Source: an uncultured Rickettsiales bacterium
GTDB taxonomy: Bacteria; Pseudomonadota; Alphaproteobacteria; Rickettsiales; RGZB01
Assembly: GCA_964467255.1 (NCBI GenBank)
Contig: CAYXPR010000009.1
Location: 15,139 to 79,138 of the forward strand
Direction of reading: 5' to 3'
DNA: 64,000 nt
The translations under genes were made by a program, and so were the position numbers. Shown here piece after piece: positions 12,549-22,415 of this stretch (its first letter is position 1; each line of letters starts with the position of its first letter). The notes beneath the pieces are model-generated. The model did not search any database. It was not told the DNA's origin and was given only the letters and a program-made list of their open reading frames with translations.

Positions 12549-13375
12549 TTACGAACATCCGTTGATTCAAACCGCGCGATGATGCCATTGAGTGGCGGTA
12601 GGCGCAGGGTTTTCTCTGCCAGCTTTACAAGTAAAAAGCCAAGCGGGGTGAAACAGGCAAAGGCTAGCATCACCATACTGAGCGCCGCTGCGCCGACAAA
12701 AATGTCGGTGCACCAATGCGCGCCGCTTGCCATGCGTGGCAGCATCATCAACGCGCCTAGCGCGGCAACAATTAGCCCGCGCGTCTTGCCGGTAAAATGC
12801 CACAGTAACCCACTCATCATGATATAGAGCAAGGCGTGATCGCTCGGGAAGCTGGCGGGCGCGAAATCTTTTACGAACGCCCACGGCACAAGTTCAGAAA
12901 GTCGGTAGTTGGGCGCCAAGACCAGCGAGGGGCTGGGGTGTGGAAAATTGAACAGGAGTTTTCCGACAAGGACCGTTAATAACATGTAGCCAACGACCAC
13001 ACTTATCTCCGCGCTGCGGCGACGGAAAAATAATCCGCCATCTCCTTTCAGGTATGACCAGAACACGCAGAGAAAAATCATGGCCGGCACAATATCAATG
13101 AGACGACTGCTGAGAATAGCCCAGAAGATTTGTGTGCCGTGCGAAGAGGCGGCGAATTCATTCAGCCGGAGAAATATCGCAGCATCTACGTCGCTCCACC
13201 AGAGGCGCGTGGGTACAACAAAAGCCCAGCTGGCATAAAGCGCTGCGGCAACCGTTAGCCACAGCAGCAAGGGCAGTGGGCGTAGCGGATTTTCTTTTAT
13301 CGCACGCGGCGCCACCGCCATCTGATGCACATTTATCTGTGGCGTGGTGCGTGGTGTGGGAGTGGTGTCGTTCAT
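12545..13375 (-). CDS. PAP2-superfamily membrane phosphatase (lipid phosphate / lipid A / undecaprenyl-PP phosphatase type)
   Basis: 'FPSDHA' and 'SGAHWCTDIFVGAA' correspond to PAP2 motifs C2 (PSGH) and C3 (SRxxxxxHxxxD-like). Multiple TM helices. Confidence 0.8.
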   Translation of the reverse strand: MNDTTPTPRTTPQINVHQMAVAPRAIKENPLRPLPLLLWLTVAAALYASWAFVVPTRLWWSDVDAAIFLRLNEFAASSHGTQIFWAILSSRLIDIVPAMIFLCVFWSYLKGDGGLFFRRRSAEISVVVGYMLLTVLVGKLLFNFPHPSPSLVLAPNYRLSELVPWAFVKDFAPASFPSDHALLYIMMSGLLWHFTGKTRGLIVAALGALMMLPRMASGAHWCTDIFVGAAALSMVMLAFACFTPLGFLLVKLAEKTLRLPPLNGIIARFESTDVRN

Positions 13376-13377
13376 CC

Positions 13378-14367
13378 TTACACCTTGTGATATTTTTTAA
13401 ACCATTCCACGAATTCGGGGATACCATCCGCTAATTTCGTGGTGGGTTTGTAACCAAACAGGCGCGTGCTCTCGCTGATATCGGCGTGGGTGTCTTTTAC
13501 ATCGCCATCTTGCATGGGCGCCTGTTTGATAATCGCTTTTTTTCCCAAGCTTTTTTCCAGTAATTTTATAAGGTCGGGCAATTTTTCACTGCGGTTATTA
13601 CCAAGATTTAACACGCGGTGCGGCGCGGCAGTCTTTTTTGCTTTCGGCGGCGTTTTGAGTGCGCCGAGTGTGCCGGACACAATATCGTCGATATAGGTGA
13701 AGTCGCGGCGCATCTTGCCGCCACCAAACACGGTGATGGGCTTGCCTTCGGTGATGCCCCGCGCGAAAAGATAATACGCCATGTCGGGTCTGCCCCACGG
13801 GCCATAGACGGTGAAGAAGCGTAGGCCGGTGGCGGGAATGCCATACAGGTGGCTGTAAGAATGTGCCATGAGTTCGCCGCTGGCTTTCGTGGCGGCATAG
13901 AGCGAAATAGGTGCGCGTACATCCTGCGAGGTTTTAAGTGGCAGGTCAGCACTGTTGCCATACACCGAGCTTGAGCTGGCATACACAAAATGCTTCAGCT
14001 TTTTTAAACCACGCGCCACTTCGAGCATCACCAGCTGGCCAGTAAGGTTGCTTTCCGCATAGGCCATTGGGTGGGTGAGGGAATAACGCACACCCGCCTG
14101 TGCCGCGAGGTGGATGATGTGTGTGATGTCTTTGTGCGATTCGGCGATATGCTGCATGGTGCCGCGGTCAGCGATGTTGACGGGGTAAAAGCTAAACTGC
14201 CGCGTTTTGCGGTAACGCACCAGCTGCGCAAGGCGCGCGTGTTTGAGCGACACATCGTAGTAGTGGTTGAGGCTGTCGACCCCGATAACGGTTTCGCCTT
14301 TTTCAAGCAGCGCCTTTGCCACATGAAAGCCGATAAATCCCGCTGCGCCGGTAAGAAGAATCGTCAT
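13378..14367 (-). CDS. NAD-dependent nucleotide-sugar epimerase (extended SDR, UDP-glucuronate 4-epimerase-like)
   Basis: 'ILLTGAAGFIGFHVAKALLEKG' Rossmann motif, 'YASSSSVYG', and 'YAATKASGELMAHSY' (YxxxK). Confidence 0.85.
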   Translation of the reverse strand: MTILLTGAAGFIGFHVAKALLEKGETVIGVDSLNHYYDVSLKHARLAQLVRYRKTRQFSFYPVNIADRGTMQHIAESHKDITHIIHLAAQAGVRYSLTHPMAYAESNLTGQLVMLEVARGLKKLKHFVYASSSSVYGNSADLPLKTSQDVRAPISLYAATKASGELMAHSYSHLYGIPATGLRFFTVYGPWGRPDMAYYLFARGITEGKPITVFGGGKMRRDFTYIDDIVSGTLGALKTPPKAKKTAAPHRVLNLGNNRSEKLPDLIKLLEKSLGKKAIIKQAPMQDGDVKDTHADISESTRLFGYKPTTKLADGIPEFVEWFKKYHKV

Positions 14368-16250
14368 GCGGCTACCTTTTTAGACGGAAGGTTTGCGACG
14401 GGCAGCGGCGGGTCTTCTAAACCGAGGTCGCGTTTGCCGCCCGCCAAAAATGCGCGTGGTGTATAACCAAAATCTTTTGCTGCCATCTCAGAATCAAACG
14501 CCAGATTCTCGTTCATGCGGCGGGCCATTTCCGCGTTTAATTCTTTATGACGTAGTACAAAAGCATAGATACTGAGGAGGCGCGGCAGATGCGAGGTGAA
14601 CACGATGCGCGCCTTCACGCCCGCCGTATCGCGTATGCGTTCGACCATTTGCAGATAAGTGATTTTTTCACTGCCCGAAAGTGTGTAGCTTTTATCGTAG
14701 GTATCATGATTCGGGATAGCAGCGGTGACGGCGGCGGCAAGGTCAAAACAATGCACGGGCTGACGCATGCCACTGGCCGGAGGCATGAGCGGCTGAAAGC
14801 CATATTTCTGCATCTGGCCCAAAATGGTGGTGACGTTACGGTCCAGCCCTAAGCCATAAATCATGGTCGGGCGGAAAATAGTGCAGCCAATGCCGTGATG
14901 TTGGCAGGCTTTAAGCAACGACTCTTCCGCGTTTTTAAAATCCTGCACCAATTTTTTTTCATAAGGGTTGGTGGACGCGGCTTTACTGATGAGCGAAGTA
15001 GAGGAAAAACAAATCAGGCGTTTCACGCCGCGTGCGGCGAGCGCATCCAGGTGCTTGGGCAGCATCCAGATGGAAGCCGTGCAAATGACCGTGTGCGGAT
15101 TAAAATCACCAAGCGGCAGTATGTCTGCCTCAAGACTGCCCTGAATCCATTGCAAATTAGGGTGGGAATATTCCACCGTGGTGTTGTGATAGAGTGCCGC
15201 CACAGGCTGGCCCGCGGCGAGCAGGCGCCGCAGAATGGCAACACCAACCTGACCCGTGCTGCCGATGATAAGGTAAGGGGCTTGGTAGTCGAGTTTTTCA
15301 GACGGTTTTTCTTCCGGCAGCGGAGCAGCCTCAAGCCATTTAAGGCGGAGGAGTTGGCGTCGGCCGAAGCGTCGGCCCTGTAATTTTTCGATGATTTCCT
15401 TGAGCGTGATGATGCCCGCACGCACACCAAGACGCATGTAAATACCCGCCATGGCGAGCAGGCTGAAGCCGATGCCGTAACGGTCTTTGAAATGCTTGGC
15501 AAAATAATGCGCGAAGCCCTTGGCTTTATTCCACTCCACAAACAATGACGATACTTTGCTCGTGCTGCGGAAGTGGATAGAGTTGATGCCCGGCAGGTAC
15601 AGCACTTTGCCGCCTGCTTTGTTTACCAACAAACAAAAATCCAAATCTTCCACATGGAAGAAATAATCTTCGTCGATACCGCCGAGTTGGTTGTAATGGT
15701 CGGTGCGGATAAGCATAAAGGCGCCCGAAATAGCAGGCACGATTTCCGGTTCCTTGGCACCGGGCGCATCATCGAGATTGAGGCGCGGGAAGGCTTTGGG
15801 CAACACGCGCCACAACTGAAACACTTCCGACATGGCGATACGCGGCGTGAGTAAATTACGCTTGCACCCGCCCTGCGGTTTACCATCGGCATCCACCATG
15901 TGAATGCCCGCGAGCCATGCGGCGGGTTCATTTTCAAGTGCCGCGACAGACTTTTTCAGCGCGCCTGCGGGAATAACGCAATCTGGGTTCAGCAGCAGCA
16001 CATACGTGCCCTTGGCGCGGCGCGCGCCTAAGTTACAGGCGGCAGCAAAACCGATATTACCATGGCCGCGCAGCACGGTGAGTTTAATGTTTTCTTTCGC
16101 GAGCGCATCGAGCCGTGTGCGCACATGCTCGGGATTGCCGTTATCGACAATAATCAGTTCGGAAAGATGGTCCTGCGTGAGTACGGCTTCCATCGCCCGG
16201 AATAAAATCGGGCCGGTATTATAAGAAACCATGACAACACTAACGGACAT
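14364..16250 (-). CDS. fusion protein: N-terminal family-2 glycosyltransferase plus C-terminal atypical SDR/NAD(P)-binding domain
   Basis: The N-terminal half has 'VSVVMVSYNTGP', 'LLLNPDCV' and 'FFHVEDLDFC' (GT2/rhamnosyltransferase-like). The C-terminal half starts with the Rossmann motif 'YLIIGSTGQVGVAILRRLLAAG'. ATGA overlap with the downstream epimerase gene. Confidence 0.8.
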   Translation of the reverse strand: MSVSVVMVSYNTGPILFRAMEAVLTQDHLSELIIVDNGNPEHVRTRLDALAKENIKLTVLRGHGNIGFAAACNLGARRAKGTYVLLLNPDCVIPAGALKKSVAALENEPAAWLAGIHMVDADGKPQGGCKRNLLTPRIAMSEVFQLWRVLPKAFPRLNLDDAPGAKEPEIVPAISGAFMLIRTDHYNQLGGIDEDYFFHVEDLDFCLLVNKAGGKVLYLPGINSIHFRSTSKVSSLFVEWNKAKGFAHYFAKHFKDRYGIGFSLLAMAGIYMRLGVRAGIITLKEIIEKLQGRRFGRRQLLRLKWLEAAPLPEEKPSEKLDYQAPYLIIGSTGQVGVAILRRLLAAGQPVAALYHNTTVEYSHPNLQWIQGSLEADILPLGDFNPHTVICTASIWMLPKHLDALAARGVKRLICFSSTSLISKAASTNPYEKKLVQDFKNAEESLLKACQHHGIGCTIFRPTMIYGLGLDRNVTTILGQMQKYGFQPLMPPASGMRQPVHCFDLAAAVTAAIPNHDTYDKSYTLSGSEKITYLQMVERIRDTAGVKARIVFTSHLPRLLSIYAFVLRHKELNAEMARRMNENLAFDSEMAAKDFGYTPRAFLAGGKRDLGLEDPPLPVANLPSKKVAA

Positions 16251-16259
16251 ACGAACCTG

Positions 16260-16811
16260 TTACCATTTTACCGGATTTTTCTTGTAGTCAGCAAAGGTCA
16301 TTAATTTTGTATCGCGCTCGGATAAAACCGGGTCTTTCACCTGCCAGTTAATACCAAAGGCAGGGTCGTTCCATAAAATGCCCAGCTCGCCCGGCGCGTT
16401 ATAAAGCGCGGTGACTTTATACATGACGTCAGCCGGGCCATCGCCCAGCACGGAGAAACCATGCGCAAAGCCTGCAGGCACCCACAGGAGTTTTCCATTC
16501 GTATCGGAAAGTTCTATGCCCACATGTTTGCCATAGGTGGGCGAGGAGGGGCGTACATCCACCGCGACATCGTAAATGCTCCCGCGCACACAACCCACGA
16601 GCTTGCCCTGCGGCGGCGTGTGCTGGAAGTGCAGGCCACGCACCACACCCGGTGCGCTGCGTGAGTGATTGTCTTGTGCGAACTCGGTGGGCAGACCCGC
16701 TTCTTTAAAGCGGGCAAGATTGAAACGCTCCACGAAAAAGCCACGCGCATCACCATGCACTTTGAGTTCGATAATTTTGACCCCATCAAGGGCGGTTGGC
16801 AGCACCTGCAT
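16260..16811 (-). CDS. rfbC: dTDP-4-dehydrorhamnose 3,5-epimerase
   Basis: 'RGLHFQ', 'KLVGCVRGSIYDVAVDVR' and 'LWVPAGFAHGF' are RmlC signature blocks. 183 aa. Confidence 0.95.
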   Translation of the reverse strand: MQVLPTALDGVKIIELKVHGDARGFFVERFNLARFKEAGLPTEFAQDNHSRSAPGVVRGLHFQHTPPQGKLVGCVRGSIYDVAVDVRPSSPTYGKHVGIELSDTNGKLLWVPAGFAHGFSVLGDGPADVMYKVTALYNAPGELGILWNDPAFGINWQVKDPVLSERDTKLMTFADYKKNPVKW

Positions 16812-16855
16812 GCAAAAACCTCGTGACTAGAATATACTTAAAAGATGTAGCGGAT

Positions 16856-17752
16856 TTAACCGCGCGCTGCAAACTTGTTTTCAAGGCAGCGTTCGAGCGC
16901 ATCGTCCCAGCGTTCGATGGAAAAGCCAAAGGACTCTTCGATTTTGGCCAGCGACAGGCGAGAATTCAGCGGGCGCTGTGCCGGTGTGGGGTATGCGCTG
17001 GTGAGAATGGGCGCGACTTCTTTGACCGTTAGCGGCACACCCAGCGCGCGCGCTTTGGCAAAAATCGCTTCAGCAAACCCATGCCAGCTGGTTTCACCTT
17101 TGTTGCAGAGATGATAAATGCCGGAGGGGAATTCGTCATATTCAATCGCGTGCGAAAGGGCGAGCAGGCTGTAGCGCGCAATATCCATCGCGTAGGTGGG
17201 GGCGCCGATTTGGTCTGCCACCACGCTTAAAGTTTCACGCTCCGCACCTAAACGCAGCATGGTGTTGATAAAATTTTTGCCCTCTTCGTCGAACACCCAG
17301 CTGGTGCGGAAAATGAGATGCTCACCGCCTGCCGCGATAATGGCTTCATCGCCTGCGAGTTTGGTTTTGCCGTATAAATTCAACGGGCCGGTGGGGCTGT
17401 CTTCCAGCCACTGTGATTCGCCACCGCCGGGATACACATAATCCGTAGAATAATGCAGCAGCGGCACATCTTCATTCGCGGCGAATTCGGCCAGTACTTT
17501 GGGCGCTTCGGCGTTGATGGTGTGGGCGATGCTTTCTTCCTGCTCGGCTTTATCCACCGCCGTATAGGCAGCAGCATTGATGATGGCGAGCGGGTTATAT
17601 TTACGCACCACGTCCGGCAGTGTGTGAGGCTTTAAGAAATCTGCTTCTTCAATTGAGGGGCATATACCGAAACTACCCAGCCGCGCCATGAGCGCGCGGC
17701 CCACCTGCCCGCCCTGGCCGAAGACCAAAATGGGTTGGTGCGCACTGCTCAT
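16856..17752 (-). CDS. rfbD: dTDP-4-dehydrorhamnose reductase
   Basis: 'AAAYTAVDKAE', 'STDYVY', 'LNLYGKTKLAGDEA' and 'RTSWVF' are RmlD blocks. 298 aa. Confidence 0.95.
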   Translation of the reverse strand: MSSAHQPILVFGQGGQVGRALMARLGSFGICPSIEEADFLKPHTLPDVVRKYNPLAIINAAAYTAVDKAEQEESIAHTINAEAPKVLAEFAANEDVPLLHYSTDYVYPGGGESQWLEDSPTGPLNLYGKTKLAGDEAIIAAGGEHLIFRTSWVFDEEGKNFINTMLRLGAERETLSVVADQIGAPTYAMDIARYSLLALSHAIEYDEFPSGIYHLCNKGETSWHGFAEAIFAKARALGVPLTVKEVAPILTSAYPTPAQRPLNSRLSLAKIEESFGFSIERWDDALERCLENKFAARG

Positions 17753-18646
17753 TTAAGCGAGCCAGCTTTTGCCGGCATCGGCAATGTGCTTGAGGTATTT
17801 CGCGTAGTCGTTATTTCCGTAGCTGTCAGCCAGTGCACGCAGCTGGTCGGCGGTGATGAATTTGCGTGAGAACGCCACTTCCTCGATACAACCGATGCGA
17901 AGCCCCTGACGGTCTTCCACGATTTTGATGAAGTTCGCGGCTTCGAGCAGCGATTGCGGCGTGCCCGTGTCGAGCCATGCGACGCCACGGCCCATGATTT
18001 CCACTTTCAGCTGACCACGGCGGAGATACTCTTTGTTTACATCGGTGATTTCAAGTTCACCGCGTGCAGAAGGCTTGAGGTTTTTCGTGATATTCACCAC
18101 GTCATTATCATAAAAATAAATGCCGGTAATCGCCCAGTTCGATTGTGGATTTTTCGGTTTTTCTTCGATGCTGAGGGCTTTCATGTCGTCATCAAACGTC
18201 ACCACGCCATAACGCTCGGGGTCCTTCACGTGGTAGGCGAGCACTGTTGCGCCCGCACTCGCTTGCGTGGCACTATCAATCAGCTTATTCAGGCCGCGGC
18301 CGTGGAAGATATTGTCGCCCAGCACGAGGCATACGGGGCTGCTCCCAATAAACTCTGCACCTAGCACAAAAGCCTGCGCGATACCGCCCGGATTTGGCTG
18401 CACTTTGTAAGAAATATTTACACCCAGCTGGCTGCCGTCACCGAGTAAGTGCTGGATATTCGGGGTGTCCTGCGGTGTGGAGATGATGAGGATGTCTTTC
18501 AGGCGCGAGCGCATGACGAGCGACAGGGGATAATAAATCATCGGTTTGTCATACACTGGCATGAGCTGCTTGCTCATGACCTTGGTAACGGGATAAAGGC
18601 GCGTGCCGGAACCGCCGGCGAGGATGATGGCTTTCATTTTGCTCAT
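17753..18646 (-). CDS. rfbA: glucose-1-phosphate thymidylyltransferase
   Basis: '[17 protein letters not shown]' and '[17 protein letters not shown]' are RmlA blocks. 297 aa. Confidence 0.95.
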   Translation of the reverse strand: MSKMKAIILAGGSGTRLYPVTKVMSKQLMPVYDKPMIYYPLSLVMRSRLKDILIISTPQDTPNIQHLLGDGSQLGVNISYKVQPNPGGIAQAFVLGAEFIGSSPVCLVLGDNIFHGRGLNKLIDSATQASAGATVLAYHVKDPERYGVVTFDDDMKALSIEEKPKNPQSNWAITGIYFYDNDVVNITKNLKPSARGELEITDVNKEYLRRGQLKVEIMGRGVAWLDTGTPQSLLEAANFIKIVEDRQGLRIGCIEEVAFSRKFITADQLRALADSYGNNDYAKYLKHIADAGKSWLA

Positions 18647-18667
18647 GACGTGCGTGTATCCTTTCGC

Positions 18668-19720
18668 TTAGGCCGCTTTGGCGTTGGCGGTTACCTTGCG
18701 GCACCACTCGCTGTTTTCAAAATACCACTGCACCGTGGCCTTCAGCCCCTGCTCAAAGCTGGTGTATGTACGTGTGTAGCCCAGTTCGCGTGCGGCCTTG
18801 CTGTCGTCAATCGCGTAGCGGCGGTCGTGCCCCGCGCGGTCTTTCACAAAGGCAATCTGTTCGGCGTAAGATTTTTTATCCGCGCGTGGCTTCAGTTCAT
18901 TCAGCACATTGCAGATGGCATGCACGGTTTCGAGATTGTTTTTTTCGGCATTACCACCGAAGCAATAAACCTCACCCGCTGCACCCTTGGTGAGGGCGAG
19001 ATAGACACCGGCGGCGTGGTCTTCCACATGAATCCAGTCGCGCACGTTTTTACCGTCGCCATACACGGGCAGGTTTTTGCCGGCGAGCGCGTTTGTTACC
19101 ATGACCGGAATCAATTTTTCCGGAAACTGGCGCGGGCCATAATTATTCGTGCAGTTGGTGGTGATGATGGGGAAACCATAGGTGTGGAACCACGCGCGGG
19201 CGAGGCAATCACCAGCGGCTTTCGATGCGGAGTAAGGTGAGTTCGGACGCAGCGGTGAGGTTTCGGTAAATTTCGCGGGGTCTTCGAGTGCCAACTCACC
19301 ATAGACTTCGTCGGTGGACACCTGCACGAAGCGGAAGTTTTTCTTTTTATCTCCTTCGAGCGTGTTCCAATATTGACGGGCGGACTCCATCATCGTATAC
19401 GCGCCGAATACGTTAGTTTCGATAAACACGGCAGAGCCGGTGATGGAATTATCCACATGCGATTCAGCGGCGAAATTCACCACGGCATCGATTTTGTGGG
19501 CGGTGAGAAGTTTTTCCACCAACGCGCCGTCGGTGATGCTGCCGACCACGAGTTCCCATTTGTCCTTCGGTGCAATCCAATCCAGATTTTCGCGGTGACC
19601 GGCATAGGTGAGTGCGTCGAGCACAATAACCTTTTGCCCGCGGCTCACGCACTGCGCGACAAACGAGCTACCGATAAAACCGGCGCCGCCGGTGACTAAA
19701 AGCGTCTGTGGTGTTGGCAT
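18668..19720 (-). CDS. rfbB: dTDP-glucose 4,6-dehydratase
   Basis: 'LLVTGGAGFIGS', 'VSTDEVYG' and 'PYSASKAAGDCLARAW' are RmlB blocks. 350 aa. Confidence 0.95.
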   Translation of the reverse strand: MPTPQTLLVTGGAGFIGSSFVAQCVSRGQKVIVLDALTYAGHRENLDWIAPKDKWELVVGSITDGALVEKLLTAHKIDAVVNFAAESHVDNSITGSAVFIETNVFGAYTMMESARQYWNTLEGDKKKNFRFVQVSTDEVYGELALEDPAKFTETSPLRPNSPYSASKAAGDCLARAWFHTYGFPIITTNCTNNYGPRQFPEKLIPVMVTNALAGKNLPVYGDGKNVRDWIHVEDHAAGVYLALTKGAAGEVYCFGGNAEKNNLETVHAICNVLNELKPRADKKSYAEQIAFVKDRAGHDRRYAIDDSKAARELGYTRTYTSFEQGLKATVQWYFENSEWCRKVTANAKAA

Positions 19721-19722
19721 AA

Positions 19723-19746
19723 AAACCCCTGATCTGTGCGGGGTTT
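19723..19746 (-). promoter_or_regulatory. stem-loop overlapping the rfbB ribosome-binding site (or terminator of the upstream gene)
   Basis: The minus-strand RNA reads AAACCCC-GCACAGATCA-GGGGUUU followed by UU-AUG. The 3' arm contains the only SD-like element (AGGGG) in front of the rfbB ATG at 19720. Confidence 0.3.
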
Positions 19747-19815
19747 ATAAAGGAATTTGCCAGAAAATCCAAGTAATTTTGTGCAAAAAGCCGTGCAGGC
19801 GCTTGGGGGCTGTTT

Positions 19816-20511
19816 TTAGGCCGGAACCTGCGGGATTTCCGCGGTTTCCTGCTGTATTTCTGCCAGCAGGTCGCGCTCCAGCAGTTTTCCGAGCATTTCG
19901 AGCTCCTGCGCCAGTTTTTGATAGGCGGGAGCGCCCTTTTTCTCATCAGCCTGCGCGCAGCGTGCATGGTGCAGGAAATCAGGATTTTCCTCCTGCCCAT
20001 AAAGCCCCGGCGCATGCGAAGCCAGCGTAATGCGCGGCGGCGTGCCCGGCAGAATAACAATGGGGAATAACCAGCATTCTAAGGGCTTATACCACCACGG
20101 ATGCTTGCCTTCCGACATGGCGAGGGATTGCAGCGAGCAGCGCCCCGCATCATCACGCATGCTGCAGGCGGTGTGGTGCTCAGGTTTAAGACCCGGCAAG
20201 GTATAAGAGCACGGCTTTTGCACGAAATGTTCGTGCGTGCGGTTTTCCCATTTGGTGAGTGGCGCTGTGGTAAGGTTGATATAATCAAAAAACGCGGGCT
20301 TCTGGTGGATTTGCGTGCGCACCTGCTCTGCTTCGCCCGCAGTAACATAGGCGCCCATCGCGCAGCAATAACAGCTGGCGGGTTCATAGGTGCAGTGGGC
20401 GAGTTTGGTGAGGAAGGCGGGGACATCAAGCACTGCGCCGGAAAGCGACTGCTGGAACTGAGGCAAATTCTTCGTAATCTGACTGAGCATGCACCCTAAT
20501 GCAAAAACCAC
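19816..20511 (-). CDS. Cys-rich protein, possibly a YkgJ/DUF3109-like zinc/iron-chelating fold
   Basis: 'CTYEPASCYCCAMG' and 'CSMRDDAGRCSLQ...KPLECWLFPI' resemble the CxxCxxCC ... C-x-L-x-D-G-x-C ... RP-x-x-C-x-x-FP layout. This is a weak call from memory. An alternative start is ATG 20490. Confidence 0.45.
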   Translation of the reverse strand: MVFALGCMLSQITKNLPQFQQSLSGAVLDVPAFLTKLAHCTYEPASCYCCAMGAYVTAGEAEQVRTQIHQKPAFFDYINLTTAPLTKWENRTHEHFVQKPCSYTLPGLKPEHHTACSMRDDAGRCSLQSLAMSEGKHPWWYKPLECWLFPIVILPGTPPRITLASHAPGLYGQEENPDFLHHARCAQADEKKGAPAYQKLAQELEMLGKLLERDLLAEIQQETAEIPQVPA

Positions 20512-20580
20512 CCTAAAAGGGCATACACCAAGCTATAAACGTCTGTATGGCAAAAGCCAAGCGCTGTTTAATGCGCGGGT

Positions 20581-21606
20581 TCAGCGGATGATATTTGGCT
20601 CTTTCGGCGCGGCGGGTGCTTCCGGTGCGGCGGGTGGCGGAGTGGCCGCGGCGGCATCCACGGGTGAAGTACCCATATCGGGGATGGCGACAGGTTTTTT
20701 CTCGAGCATGAAGGAAACGGGTATGATGAACTCGTTGATGAAGTCTGGCGAAGGATAGTCATCCGGCATCGGCGGCAGCGGGTCGGCACGGCGCACCATG
20801 TTGGCCGTGGCGGCATCTAGAATTTCATGACCGGTGGTTTCGGCCATTTCAAAAAAGCGGATATTCCCCAAACGGTCTGCCTGAATGCGGATGATGCCGC
20901 GCCCCTCGGTGCCTTTGCGCTGCGCCTCCATGGGGTAGACTTTGAAGCGCTGTAGCCAGAGCGTAAGCTGCTCTTCGTATGACAACACGGTGAGGCGATC
21001 AGATTCCGTACGATTACCAAGCGTGGAGCCGGAGATATCTATGCGCGCTTTGGGGTCGGCCGAGGCATTCATCTGCTGTACGAAAGGCACGTCGGGCGAT
21101 GCGGCGGCAGGATTATTCGCGTATTTGGTGACGGTGGATTTCGGCTGATTAAACGTTTGCACCAGCGGAGGCTGCGGCACTTTTTCAGGCTCGGTGCGCA
21201 CGGCGCGCGCTTTGAGGCGCGAGGGCGCATCGGACTCTTTCATTTTTTGTGACGATAAATCTTCCGAATCAATTTTCTCCGGCGCGACGGACTGAATGGC
21301 CGGCGTGGTTTCCACCGTGGGCTTTAACACGGGCTCAGGTGCGCGCAGCGGTTCTTTAGGTTGAATGTACGGTGTTTTTAACACAGGCTGCGGAATTTCT
21401 TTTGGCGCTTCTTGGTTGATGGCCTTGCTGCCACCACTGGGATTCGGCACTTTTCCGAGGCGAATGTTGATGGTTTTATACGGCACTTCAATTTTGTTTG
21501 GCAGAAAATCAATCGACATAACCAGCAGGCCGAGCGCGTGCAGCGTGATAGCTAGCAGCAGCGCGCGGTAAAAATATTTCTCCATGCTCTGGGCGAGCGT
21601 TGTCAT
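20581..21606 (-). CDS. tonB: TonB-family energy transducer
   Basis: N-terminal TM anchor, a long Pro/Lys/Glu-rich spacer, and a TonB C-terminal domain ('YPMEAQRKGTEGRGIIRIQADRLGNI...DAATANMVRRADPLPPMP'). It ends with an extra ~50-aa Ala/Pro-rich tail. Confidence 0.85.
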   Translation of the reverse strand: MTTLAQSMEKYFYRALLLAITLHALGLLVMSIDFLPNKIEVPYKTINIRLGKVPNPSGGSKAINQEAPKEIPQPVLKTPYIQPKEPLRAPEPVLKPTVETTPAIQSVAPEKIDSEDLSSQKMKESDAPSRLKARAVRTEPEKVPQPPLVQTFNQPKSTVTKYANNPAAASPDVPFVQQMNASADPKARIDISGSTLGNRTESDRLTVLSYEEQLTLWLQRFKVYPMEAQRKGTEGRGIIRIQADRLGNIRFFEMAETTGHEILDAATANMVRRADPLPPMPDDYPSPDFINEFIIPVSFMLEKKPVAIPDMGTSPVDAAAATPPPAAPEAPAAPKEPNIIR

Positions 21607-22004
21607 TTCGCCTCCGTGGCCAGCGAAAGATTGATAACGCCCATCTGCTCAAGCCCCTTTACCAGATTATTCAAGCTGGCGGCAGAGAGCTCGGCATCAG
21701 CCTTTACCAGCAAGGGCATTTCGCGGTTCTTGCTGAGCAGGGGCTGTAAGCGCACCGCCAACTGTGCAAGGGTCACGCGCTGTTCTTCAAACATTAGCGT
21801 GCCATCCTTGGTAACGAACAGGGTAAAGTTCTTAGTCATGAACGGTGCACTGGTGCGGGACTCCGGCGCATTGACTTCCACCGGATCCTGCTTCGCCACG
21901 GTGCCAGCAATCAGGAAAAAGCACAGCAACAAGAAGATGACGTTAATCATCGGGACCAAATCGGGCTCTTTGACTTTCCGCTTTGGCTTAATGAGGTTCA
22001 GCAT
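21603..22004 (-). CDS. exbD: ExbD/TolR biopolymer transport protein
   Basis: 133 aa. 'DLVPMINVIFLLLCFFLI' TM segment followed by an ExbD periplasmic domain. Overlaps the tonB start. Confidence 0.9.
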   Translation of the reverse strand: MLNLIKPKRKVKEPDLVPMINVIFLLLCFFLIAGTVAKQDPVEVNAPESRTSAPFMTKNFTLFVTKDGTLMFEEQRVTLAQLAVRLQPLLSKNREMPLLVKADAELSAASLNNLVKGLEQMGVINLSLATEAK

Positions 22005-22007
22005 GTG

Positions 22008-22400
22008 TTACTCCGCCAGCGTGATGCTTTTGCCGCCCGCCATGTGGATCAAGTCCATGGCCGAGACAATGCTTTGTGTGGTGACATCGGTTTCTGCGCG
22101 TAGCAGGATGGTTTTATCGGGCTGATCGACCAAAATGCGGCGCAGCGTGATTTCAAACTCCTGATGTTCGTAGGTGGTGCCGTTGATGTCGAGCCGGCGG
22201 TCGCTCCGAGCGGTGATGACAAGTGTTTTGGACAGGCCACCCGCGGACGCTTTTTCTGCATCGGCAAAACTTAGATCCATCATTTCCGTTTGTGAAAATG
22301 TGGTGGAGAGCATGAAGAAAATAATCAGCAAAAACACCAAATCAATCAGCGGCGTGAGGCTGAACATACCGCGGGATGGTTTGCTGCGCTGAATCTGCAC
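22008..22400 (-). CDS. exbD: ExbD/TolR biopolymer transport protein (second copy)
   Basis: 130 aa. 'SLTPLIDLVFLLIIFFML' TM segment followed by an ExbD domain. Confidence 0.9.
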   Translation of the reverse strand: MQIQRSKPSRGMFSLTPLIDLVFLLIIFFMLSTTFSQTEMMDLSFADAEKASAGGLSKTLVITARSDRRLDINGTTYEHQEFEITLRRILVDQPDKTILLRAETDVTTQSIVSAMDLIHMAGGKSITLAE

Positions 22401-22415
22401 GAGTAACCTTTCTTG

